64,000 nt of DNA from assembly GCF_009914755.1 (NCBI RefSeq), contig NC_060931.1. The stretch is one strand, 5' to 3'. How positions within the stretch are numbered: the stretch's first letter is position 1; each line of letters starts with the position of its first letter. A program made the translations under genes and the position numbers. Positions 53,602 through 64,000 of the stretch are shown here, piece after piece. A model generated the notes under the pieces. That model made no database searches, was not told where the DNA came from, and saw only the letters and a list, made by a program, of their open reading frames with translations. The DNA comes from the human T2T-CHM13v2.0 reference genome, Homo sapiens.

Positions 53602-54042
53602 TGTATTCATTTCCCTGAGGGTGCTGTAATAAATCACAAACTGAGTAACTAACAAAGATAAATTTATTGTGTTACAATTCTGGAGGTTAGAAGTCTGAAA
53701 TAAAGATGTCGTCTTGGCCATAAACCCTCTGGAATCTATAGAGAAGATGTAGAGAAGACTTCTTCCTTGCCTCTTCCAGCTTCTGGTGTTTGCCAGCAAT
53801 TCTTGGAGTTCCTTGACTTGTAGATGCATCATTCTTCTATTGTCACATGGCTGCTTTCTCTCTTTTCTCTTCTTATAAGGACACCAGTCACACTGGAATA
53901 AAGACTCATCCTTGTCCAGTATGACTTCATCTTAACTAATCACATCAACAACAGTAGTATTTCCAAGAAAGGACACAGTCTGAGGTACTGAGATTTAGGA
54001 CTTCAACATAGTTTTTTTGGGGAAGACACAATTCAACACATT
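53602..54042 (-). mobile_element. MLT1C-like MaLR solo LTR
   Basis: ccttgcctcttccagcttctggtg, cttataaggacaccagtca, gacacaattcaac. Confidence 0.88.
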
Positions 54043-54223
54043 GAAAATGATCTCAAATGTGAGTAAAAGTTTACCAAGCTGAGAGGGTTAGAGCCAGGAA
54101 GCCAAGAAGTATAAGTTTCCTCAGAAACCAGTGGGGCTTTTTCAGAGTGGAAACTCAATAAATATTTATAGATTGAAGGAATGAATACAGGCATGGAGAA
54201 GAGCCCGTAGAAATGCAGAAAGA
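54040..54223 (+). repeat. Diverged direct repeat B, copy 1 (between two MLT1 LTRs)
   Basis: Collinear with 55119-55308. Confidence 0.9.
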
Positions 54224-54225
54224 TA

Positions 54226-54740
54226 TATATTAGGTTTCTATTGCTGCTGTAACAAATTACCACAAATTTAGTGGCTTAAAACAACATTTATGTATAATTT
54301 TATAGTCCGGAAGTCAGGAGTCTGAAATACGTCTTGCTGGACAAAATTCAAAGTCTAAGCAGAGCTGTAACCTTTTCTGGAACTCTAGAGGAAAATGTGT
54401 TTTCTTGCCTTTTCCAGCTTCTAGAAGCCCCCTGAATTCCTTGGCTCCTTACTACTTCCTCCATCTTCAAGGCAAATAATGGCTAGTTGAGTCTTTGTCT
54501 TAGTGCCACCTCTCTGGTTCTGACTCTTCTGTTTCTCCCTTCTTCATTTAAAGTTCATTGTAATTACATTTGGCCCACCTGGATAATCCAGGATAATCTC
54601 CATATTGTAAGGTCAGCTGATTGACAGCCTTAATTCCGTCTACAATTTAACACCCTGTTGCCATTTAATAGAACTATTCTCATGTTCAAGGGATTGGGAC
54701 ACAAACATCTTTGAAGAGCTGACTATTGAGGCCCATTAAA
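54226..54740 (-). mobile_element. MLT1D-like MaLR solo LTR
   Basis: ttctattgctgctgtaacaaattaccacaaatttagtggcttaaaacaac and ggcccacctggataatccaggataatctc. Confidence 0.88.
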
Positions 54741-54936
54741 ATTTCACTGTTCTTGATAGAAAATTGGTTTCTTCATAAACTGATAACAGAAATTTTTTTT
54801 TTTTACCCAGACTGCCTCTGGGTTTACCTGTATATTAATTTATGCATGGATTCATTTAGAAATGTCTGCTATGCGACTGGAAACTAGGCAAAACTAAATT
54901 ATTCCACTCCATGACCTCCCGGTCTAGATAGGAAAC

Positions 54937-54940
<4 letters not shown>

Positions 54941-54988
<48 letters not shown>
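54941..54988. repeat. (CA)24 microsatellite
   Basis: Perfect repeat. Confidence 0.97.
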
Positions 54989-54990
<2 letters not shown>

Positions 54991-55118
54991 AATTGCAGTA
55001 CAATGTGAATTGATTTAATTCAGGTTCATTTATAGTTGAATGACAGCACAATGGAAGAACACAAACATTTTTGTAAAAAACAACAGGATTATGTAAATTT
55101 CATTAAAAAAAGCTGGCA

Positions 55119-55308
55119 ATTGAAAATGTTCTCAAGCTTGGGTAAAAGTTTACCAAGTATAAAAGGTAAGATCCAGGAATCCAGGAAGAAGTTTCCTCAG
55201 AAACTAGTGGAACTGGAGAGACTTTTTCAGGGTGGAAACTCAATAAATATTTACAGATGGGAGAAATGAATATAGCCAGGGAGAAGAGCCTGTAAAAATT
55301 CAGAAAGA
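55119..55308 (+). repeat. Diverged direct repeat B, copy 2 (within L2-like sequence)
   Basis: See copy 1. Confidence 0.9.
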
Positions 55309-55464
55309 CAAATAGTAGAAGAGTATTTTCTGGGCATTATAAATGGTACTTATCTCTTGGAGCAAATGACACAAAAAGGGAGGAGATAAGTTGGTATTGG
55401 GAAGAGTTTAAATTCAGGTAGGTGGGCTTGTATGTCAGCCAAGGGAACTGAGACTACAGACGGA

Positions 55465-55645
55465 ATGATGTTTCTTACCCTTTACAGGAAACTAGACCGT
55501 TTTAGAATCTAATGAAACCCTAAAATCTCTCTCCTCATATATATGCATATATGAACCTTCTATATGTAATTGGAAAGGTTATGAAGATGCTAATTGAAAT
55601 CTATAAATCTTATCTATAGCCTGTAGAACCTAGGGTAAAAACCAA
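55465..55645. mobile_element. Possible ancient hAT-type MER element
   Basis: gaccgttttagaatctaatgaaacc...acctagggtaaaaacc resembles MER117-type elements. Confidence 0.4.
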
Positions 55646-56169
55646 ATGAGGGAGACAATGAAAAAGGAAAAAAGAAAATATCTGCTATAGGCAATAGGTA
55701 TAGGAAGTTACTACCAAACCATGAAGAAGTTTGTAACCTAACGGGAATTATGTTCATAAAAATCACATTGTCCTGTTAATAAAATTGAGGAGGATAAGAT
55801 TGGAAACAGGGGAATAGGAGACTAATTCTCATATGTCTGGATGAGAAATCCAATGGGCCTGGGCTAAAGCAACAGCACTCTATTTTGCTGTCTGAAGGCA
55901 AACATTTTAAGAAAGTTCTTAGTTATTTGGTATATGATTTAAGAAACTGGGGTATAGGAGAAAATAATAAAAAATGGATGAGGAGGAATAATACCAGTAA
56001 GTATTACAATTCTTGAGTGTTTTAATAATATTAAGCTGGGTTCACTATTTCCAATAGATTTTAATGGATTAAATATAGGTTTCCTGAAAGCAAACTATAA
56101 AGAGGCATAGAGGGAAAACACTATGGCATCAACAAGACAAGCAAGACGTATATCAAGCAATTATCTTTA

Positions 56170-57970
56170 ATAGTTTTACTGAAGTATTATATAATATACC
56201 TACCATAAAATTCACCTATTGCAAACGTAAAATGACTTTTAGTAAATGGGTAGAGCTGCACAAGCACCACCACAATCCAGTTTAGAACCTTCCTATCACC
56301 TCTCAAAAGTTCTTCCATGTTGTGCTGACACCTCCACATAGCTAACCCCTGCTTCTAATAGTGTCGTTAGAATCACAGTAATGTTTCTACCTCTAAGAGT
56401 CTACCTTTCCTGGATATTTTATATAAATAGAATAATGTAGTATGTAGTCTTTTGCATTTGGCTTCTTTCAATTAGCATGTTTTTGAGATTCAATGCTGTT
56501 GCAGCACGTATCGGTAGTTCATCCTTTTATTAACACATAGTGATTCATTTTATGGACATGTCATATTAGTCTTATTCATAGATCTGCTGATAGAAACTTG
56601 GATTATTTCCATGTCTTGGCTATTATAAATAATGCTGCTATGAACATCTCATGTACATGTCTGTGTAGACATTTAACAAATAATTTGCATTTATTTTTAT
56701 TATTATATTTTTAGAGCCAGGATCTCACTCTGTAACCTAGGCTGGAGTGCAGTGGTGTGATCATAGCTCACGGCAACCTTGAACTTCTAGGCTTAAGTGA
56801 TCCTCCTGCCTCAGTCTGCTGAGTAGCTGGGAGTACAAATGTTCGCCATTATGCCCAGCTAATTTTTTCATTTTTTGACAGAGTTTTGGGGCATCTCACT
56901 TTGCTTCCAGGCTTGTCTCAAACTCTTGGCCTCAAGAAATTCTCTTGCCTCAGCCTCCAAAATTGCTGGGATTACAGGCACGAGCCACCACACTTGGCCT
57001 ACATAGCCCTTTAAAAATTTACTTTGGTGAAGTCCTAGGAGTGAAATTGTTGGGTCATGTAGTCACTTAATGTTTAAAAGTTTAAGACACTATCAAACTG
57101 TTTTCAAAAGTGGCTGTGAAATTTTATATTTCCACAAACAATGAATGAAGTTTCCCGTGTCTTCACGTCCTCGCCACATTTGCTACTGGTACAGTGATCC
57201 CAGACTGTTTGTGATGGTATCTCATTATAGTTTTAATTAGCATTTTCTTGATTATTAATGGTGTCGAACATTCCTTAATTTGATTATTACCCATCTGAGT
57301 ATCTGCTTTAGTGAAATGCCTATTTAAATATTTTACAAATCTGTAATTGATTTTTTTTGCCTTATTGAGATGAAAGTGTTCTTTATATATCCAGTATAAA
57401 AGTGTTATTTCAGTTTTTAGTAAGATATTTCTTCCCAGTCTGTGGTTTATCTTTACATTTTATTAATGGTATCTATTAAAACATGGTTTTTAGTTTTGAT
57501 AAAATCCATTTTATCAATTATACCTTTCTGTGCATCATGTCTTTAGTGTCATTAAAGAACTTTGCCTACTCCAAAGTAGTAAATATTTTCTCTTATTTTT
57601 TTCTTCTAGATGTTTTATAATTTTTAGCTCTTATGTTTCGGTCTATGACCCATTTTGAGTTAATTTTTGATGTATCAAAATTTTCTCTTTAATATCAATG
57701 TTCTCTTCAGCCATTCGACCATTTGTTGAAATTATCATTTCCTCATTAAATTGTTTGGGAAACTGTCAAAATCAATTAACCATAAATACAAGGATTTACT
57801 TCTGGAGTTTCAATTCTCTTACATTAATCAATAGTCTTATTGCTCCACCAATAGTTCACTGTCTTCATTACTATGGCTCTATAGGATAGTTTGAATCAGG
57901 TAGTATAACTCTTCTATCTTTGTTCTTTCTCAAAACTGTGTAGCTATTTTAGGTCCTTCGCATTTCCATC
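56170..57970 (-). mobile_element. L1MB/ME-type 3'UTR and ORF2 end, antisense, interrupted by AluJ
   Basis: taccataaaattcaccta, ggctattataaataatgctgctatgaacat, caaactgttttcaaaagtggctgt. Confidence 0.85.
56690..56999 (-). mobile_element. AluJ
   Basis: gatcatagctcacggcaaccttgaacttctaggcttaagtgatcctcc. Confidence 0.9.
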
Positions 57971-59250
57971 AGGTTCTGGAGTCTGTTTATTTTTCATCCC
58001 TTTTCTTTGGTCTTCAGATGAGATCGTTGTAATTGATCAGTTTCAGTGGTTCTCTCTTCTGCACCTTGAAACTGCTTTTGAGGACTTTTTCATTTAAGTG
58101 GAAAAATATTTCATCTCTAGAATTTTTATTTTTAAAAATAATTTCTATGTTCTTATTGAGAAATTTTATCTGTTGGTTTATTTTTTATTATACCTTCCAT
58201 TAATTCTTTAAATGTGGTTGCCTTTTCTTTATTTAATGTATTTGTAATACCTGTTTTAAATATTTTTTCTGCTAAATCCAACATTTGACAATGCTCAATT
58301 TCTATTATTTCTTTTTTTCCCAGAGTATGGGTGACACTTTTCTATTTTTGTGCATATCTCATAATTTTAAAAATAATATAGATAATATAATGTAGCCACT
58401 CTAATTCAGATTCTGCCAGCCACCCTTCCCCAGCAAGGTTGTTATTGCTGGTTTGTTTCTTAGTTTGTCTGTTTCATTGTTCAGTAACTTGTTTTGGATA
58501 AATCTATCTCCTCCTTGGTGTGTGGCCACTGATGTTTTCATTTAACGTTTTGTTTTTAAATCTAGCTTTCCAGGATTTGCCCCCTGTCTCTATATAGCAA
58601 AATTGTCAGTCAATAATTAGAAAAATTTTGTACCAAACATCTGGAGCCAATAAGACTTTTTCATTCTGTTGAATGGTCTATATGTGGGTAGGAGGGTGTA
58701 TTCAAGTTCAGACTATGTTTGTCTGCCCTAGCTTCTGCGCCACTGTAATCTTTTATGCCTCCTCTACATATGTGTGCAGCCTCAAGGTTGGCTGAGAGTG
58801 TGTGGCTGGTTTGAGTCCTCTTAGGTCTCTGCTTTGCATGTACACAGACTCAAGCAAGAATATACTTGCTTTGATCATAACCAAAATGTCATTTCTGCTG
58901 ATAATATCATTGAATTTGGTCATTGCTCACCATTCCAATTTGAGTGGCTTCCTTTGACCGCAGAAGCAAAACAGCCAGTTCTCATGGACTATCTCATGAT
59001 ATCAGAACCTCCATGGCTACTCAGCCAGGACTGAGAATGGGAGCAAACCCAGGCCAGAAAGCTATGGACTCCTACTGTTCTTATCTCAGTTTTAGCAGTT
59101 TAGCAGTTATAAAGGTGTCTCTGATAACTGTATGCCTGTTTTCATTTCCAGAACATGGACATAGTTGGTTTTGTCTCTTATGTTCAGCTTTGCAATTGAT
59201 TTATGGGGAGGAAAATTGCCAATCTCCTCCCTTAGCCAAAGCTGAAATTC
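57971..59250 (-). mobile_element. Old L1M ORF1/5' region, antisense
   Basis: T-rich ORF1-like antisense sequence (tttcatctctagaattttt, ctgctaaatccaacat), then 5'UTR-like sequence. Confidence 0.55.
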
Positions 59251-59619
59251 CTACTATATGCCATGAACTGTGCCCAGTACAAAGAAATCAGAATGCAAGG
59301 TTGAATTCTAGTAATTTTCCAAATTTCTGATAGATTTCCCATTTTTCTTCTTTATGAAAATACAATGATCACTTTTAACTCTTCTTTTATTAGTCCATAC
59401 AATACTATTTTGTACTATGTTAAAAATAATAGCTCTTTCTTTATTGAAAGCTTATTATGTATCAAGAAAAATGCTGACTACTTCACTTGCATTAGATCTT
59501 AATAAACCTATAGCTATTAATATTTTTGTCTTCATTTAATAGATGAGATATTGTGGCAACAAGTTGCTTATGCTCACAGGTCTAAGAAATGGTTAGATAG
59601 CTTGGTTAAGACCACTAAG

Positions 59620-60094
59620 TACTATTCAGCCATAAAAATGAATGAGATCCAGTAATTTGCAACAACATGGAAAGAACCAGAGATTATGTTAAGTGAAATA
59701 AGCCAGGCACAGAAAGACAAACATTGCATATTCTCACTTATTTGTGGGATATAAAAATCAAAGCAATTGTACTTATGGAAATAGAGAGTAGAAAGATACT
59801 CACTAAAGGTTAGGAAGGGTAGTTGGGGATTGGGTAAAAAAGAAAGAATGAATAAGACCTACTATTTGATAGCACAACAGAGTGACTATAATAAATAATA
59901 ACTTAATTATACATTTTTAAATAACTTAAAGAGTATAATTGGATTGTTTGTAACTCAAGGGATAAATGCTTGAGTGGATGGATATCTAATTCTCCATGAT
60001 GTGCTTATTTCGCATTGCATGCCTGTATCAAAACATCTCATGTACCACATAAAAATATGCACTACTATCTAGCCACAAAAATTAAAAAGAGGAA
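59620..60094 (+). mobile_element. 5'-truncated L1MA1/2-like 3' end inserted in a MIR
   Basis: gaatgaataagacctactatttgatagcacaacag and tgcatgcctgtatcaaaacatctcatgtac. 12-bp TSD aagaccac(t/a)aag at 59608-59619 and 60095-60106. Confidence 0.9.
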
Positions 60095-63000
60095 AAGACC
60101 ACAAAGCAAGTAAGTAGCTGAGTCCAAAACTTAACAGAAGCCCTTCTGATTATAAGTCTTTGCTTTTTTCTTTCTTTATTTCCAAATGTACATGTGTTAA
60201 TGTAATATGTAAATTTCATTAAGCTGTAATAAAACATCAAAAAGTAACTTTGACATCTCATGAAGTAGAACAACATCTAACAGACAACACACATCAATGT
60301 AAATTTAACGGAAATACATTGCCTTTGGGTCAATGTACAGATCCAAAGTTAACAGTTCATATATTTTGATGTGGTAATTTATATGGCTTCTGGTCCTTTA
60401 CAGATAGGGTACAGCATTTATAAGGGGAGAGTATTATAAAACATTAATTTTTTGTTTAGTTTATATTTATTGAAATTATTTTAGAAGCTAATATTATCAG
60501 AACTTTCTTTCCACTCTCTCTTCTCCACAAATAACCTATTAAGATCTCAAGTTACATTAGTACTCTATGAAACACACCTTGGAGAAATGGAAATACATGA
60601 ATATGAAAAACAAGAGAAAGATCAGGTTTGGAATAATGAGTCAAGTTATGGGATATGAGAGCATTAGGGCAGACAAAGTGCAGAACACTGTAGTCTTAGC
60701 TAAGAGAAGCTTTTAAACTCACCCTGAGGTTTTCTTAACTTATAAGAATATTATAAATTCAAGAAGGTATTGAGAAATGTGGCTGTCTGAGGAACAAAAA
60801 AATATTTCTTAAATTGTGGTCCTAGTAATGTGGTCTAGCAGTTGATTCATGAAAGGTCATGCTAAGACCAGAATTAAGGGAATGAATCAGAAATTTAGCT
60901 AGATCACATAAGACATTCATCAAAAATCAACAGAAGTTCATTTGAGAACCTTCCTCTCTTTCTGCCCCTTTAGTCCCCTCCTCATTCAGTAACACACACA
61001 TTTGCACTGTTCTCAAAGCTTGTTTTCTAGTCTGTTTCTCCATAGTTACTAGACAGGAAGAAGGGGGACTTTAGAACAGAAGAAATAAAATTAAAATGTG
61101 TTTGTGTGCTTTTTACAGAGATGGCAGCTTAAGCAAGAAATTGGGATAAAAGAAAAAAAAACATTCTAATCTGTATTCAGCCAAGCAGAAGATAAATACA
61201 GGTGAGATAAAGGAACTATGGAAATCAGAAAAGAAAATATGTGCATCAAATAGCAACACCTGTTGGAGAAAATGGGCAGGAATTGGGAACAAGCTTATAA
61301 ACATTATTTGCATGGAGATGGAAAATTTCCCTTAAGATGCTCTTCTCTTTGTAGGAAAGTCCTAATTTATCAGATGCTATCTCAATTCAAGGCATCTCAT
61401 TTCCACCTCTCCTTTAAGTGTTCCCAATACATCATTTTTTTAAAAAAATAAGATAATTCTTTTATTTAGTCTCATGACACTTTTCCTTTGAATCTCTTGG
61501 CTTCAGACATTTAGGAATTTCCAAACAGAAATTGCTGATACAATCCACAACAGATGTGAAGAGATTGTAAAATCTGTGAACAAGAAATACCTTTTCTATG
61601 AAATTTTATTGCGTTGTATACTAAATACTCCATGCCACAAAGGCTAGCTTTATTTTGTTTTCTCTTTTAAATCCAGAATGGAGGAAGAATATGTCAGTGT
61701 CTGCTCTAACCACAATAAAAGTAATATTTTTTTCATCTCTCCAAGACAGATACAAAGCAAATTGAAGGTAAAGAATTGTGGAGACATTGACAAGATGAAA
61801 GGAATTCATATCGCTTTAATCAAAATTTAAAGCAGAAGCACAGGGTAGTAGCCATGGGCAATCCCCAGCTGTCTCTGGGGATTGAGGAATGTGTATGGTT
61901 TGTGTACCTCTTTCTGTCTAGGGTTCTTCAGCACATCCATGTGTATCTGGAACAAGTCAATGTTACTTCTTTATTTAGTTTATGTTATATAAGTCCCCAT
62001 AATATTAATTTTATCCACACATTTTATTCACTTAGTACTCCTGTATTCTACATAGCCACATTCTGTTTTGATTCATTTTTGTATTATGCCTTTCTTTTCT
62101 TCTGCTGAGAGTCCATAAACAGAATTTAACAAAAGTCTGATTTCTTGTGTCATGTCTCTGAGGAGCTATTTGTGATTGTAAAGGAATGTTTTCCTGCAGT
62201 AATTCTTATGCTTTCTCCATCAACTAATTGGATTAGCTTTGGGCTCATATATTTTTGATAAGAATGTCCCTGGTGAATGGGCAGGTTCTGTTAAAAAGCT
62301 TTCACATATTGACATTTGCTTGAATCCAACTTTGGTTTGTGTTTTTCAAATGTGCTTTCAAAACATTTTTTATCAGCATATTTTACTAGTTTTTGACTCT
62401 ACTATATAAATAAAATTGAAACAATTGAAGAGAAGGGCAGAAACAAATATGTTAAAGAATCACATCTACTAAAAGAGGTTTCTGACATAAGAATTACATT
62501 GGCAGCATTGAAAACCCCGTTATGTGAGATGTGTTCCATTTGATTTCAGTTTAGTACTAAAACCAACATTTTTAAATGTTAAGATATTTGGCAAGGGTAA
62601 GGTTTTATATCTCTCTATAAACCAATACTGATATATCCTTTACTGTTGACTACACTTGCTTTTTATTTGGCAACCAAAAATATGTATTCTTTAGAAAATT
62701 ATAAAAGGCAAAATAAAAACTGGGGTAAATGCTTGTTCACTATAAGATTTTCTACTAAGACTTTTTTGTGAAATATAAATAAAATAAATTTACTAAACAG
62801 CAAGTGTTGGATCAAATAACATTAAAATATTTATTGTCTTCTTTATGAAATAGTTGATCCAACGTCAAGTTTTACTTAATTTCATGGGGCTTACCCTGGG
62901 ACAAATGGAGAACCTGAAACCACATATGATCCTTGAATATTCATACACTTCCCTCTTTTCTGAAAATTAACCATCAATTGTAATGCACAAACTTTTTAAA

Positions 63001-63469
63001 GAACACATTTTATTTACTGTCAATTATGTGGCATACATTAAAAAATCTATTATTCTATTTTTCTTTATTTGAAAAAGAAAATACTTCACAAATGTTGAAA
63101 TTGATTTTAAAAATCCTAATTCAATTATTAACTATATTTCTTACAGTTCTTCTCAATACCACTTTGGACATAGTCAGTATTCACTAACTTATGCTGTCGA
63201 AACAATAAATGGAATGAAAAATTGCGTATCTTTCAGAAGTGTCCCCAGAGTACATATTAATTCTGTTCCTTTATGTGATGAAACTAATTTGTTGCCCACA
63301 TCGTATTATCTTAGCTATGAAACAGTATGAAGTATCTTCTCATGTCTGCTATTTGTGAAATAAAATGTTAGCTATAGAACTGATTACTTATCTAAGCTTA
63401 AAGTTCCTTTCTGTGAAATGTGTGGTGGTGTGTGTGGGTGTGTGTAGTAGCAGGAGGTGGGGGAAGTAG

Positions 63470-63570
63470 CAATTTTGGTACCAACTTTACATGTTCGTTA
63501 AGAGGATTAAATGAGATAATGTATAAAGAGCGCTTACAACTTATAGCACAATGCCTGCACATATTTTTTA
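63470..63570 (+). mobile_element. MIR fragment
   Basis: gaggattaaatgagataatgtataaagagcgctta...cacaatgcctg. Confidence 0.7.
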
Positions 63571-63978
63571 AATCTCCTTACAAAGATTAGTCAGAGAGAG
63601 AGAGAAAGAGAGAGAGAGAAGCTCAATTGTTTTAGAATGGGCAGTTTAATACATTTGAGTTACCTTACTGTGGTTAAGGATCAATATAATGCCTAATGTG
63701 GTTCATCAACTTTCATTCTTCTCTGGTCCATTTTTTCCAGTTTTACCAGCCGTCAGCCTTTCAAGGTACAGTCCATTCTTACCTCTTCGTCTCATAACCA
63801 TACCAATTGGAAGAGTAATTGCTTTTTGAACTCATATTCCTTTATATTCTCTGGTTTATACTTCTATCATGCATTGCAATGACTCTTGCTAATACCCCTT
63901 ACTCCAAACTGCTACATCACAATCAAAAAAGCATATCTGAATTCAAATGAGGTGACATTATCATTTAGAAAACTTTGA

Positions 63979-64000
63979 ATATATATATATATATATATAT
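63979..64000. repeat. (AT)n microsatellite running off the window end
   Basis: Directly visible. Confidence 0.95.

Noticed and set aside
44684-55308. Similar ~1.1-kb spacing of both local duplications
   Set aside because: Probably coincidence. The second spacing includes a 515-bp LTR and the two repeats are unrelated in sequence.

Overview
AT-rich, CpG-poor primate (human or great-ape type) intergenic or intronic DNA dominated by retrotransposons. No host protein-coding gene, RNA gene or CRISPR array is supported. The only real ORFs belong to one full-length young LINE-1 (L1PA2-like, about 9676-15746, + strand, 15-bp TSD). Its ORF1 is open but substituted at key residues, its ORF2 is broken in several places, and its 5'UTR carries a very unusual 48-nt pure G run that frameshifts the antisense ORF0. 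The rest is older L1 (L1PB/L1MA/L1MC/L1M/L1ME-like), about 9 Alu/FLAM copies, MaLR/ERVL/ERV1 solo LTRs, L2/MIR relics, hAT MITEs and microsatellites. The best second-look items are the poly-G expansion, an ancient L1 3' transduction bracketed by a 19-bp TSD (641-1887), 7 extra 5' bases on the full-length L1, two diverged local duplications (44.7/45.8 kb and 54.0/55.1 kb), and a head-to-head pair of MER34-family LTRs. I found no convincing new multi-gene system. Subfamily names come from recalled consensus motifs, not a database search.
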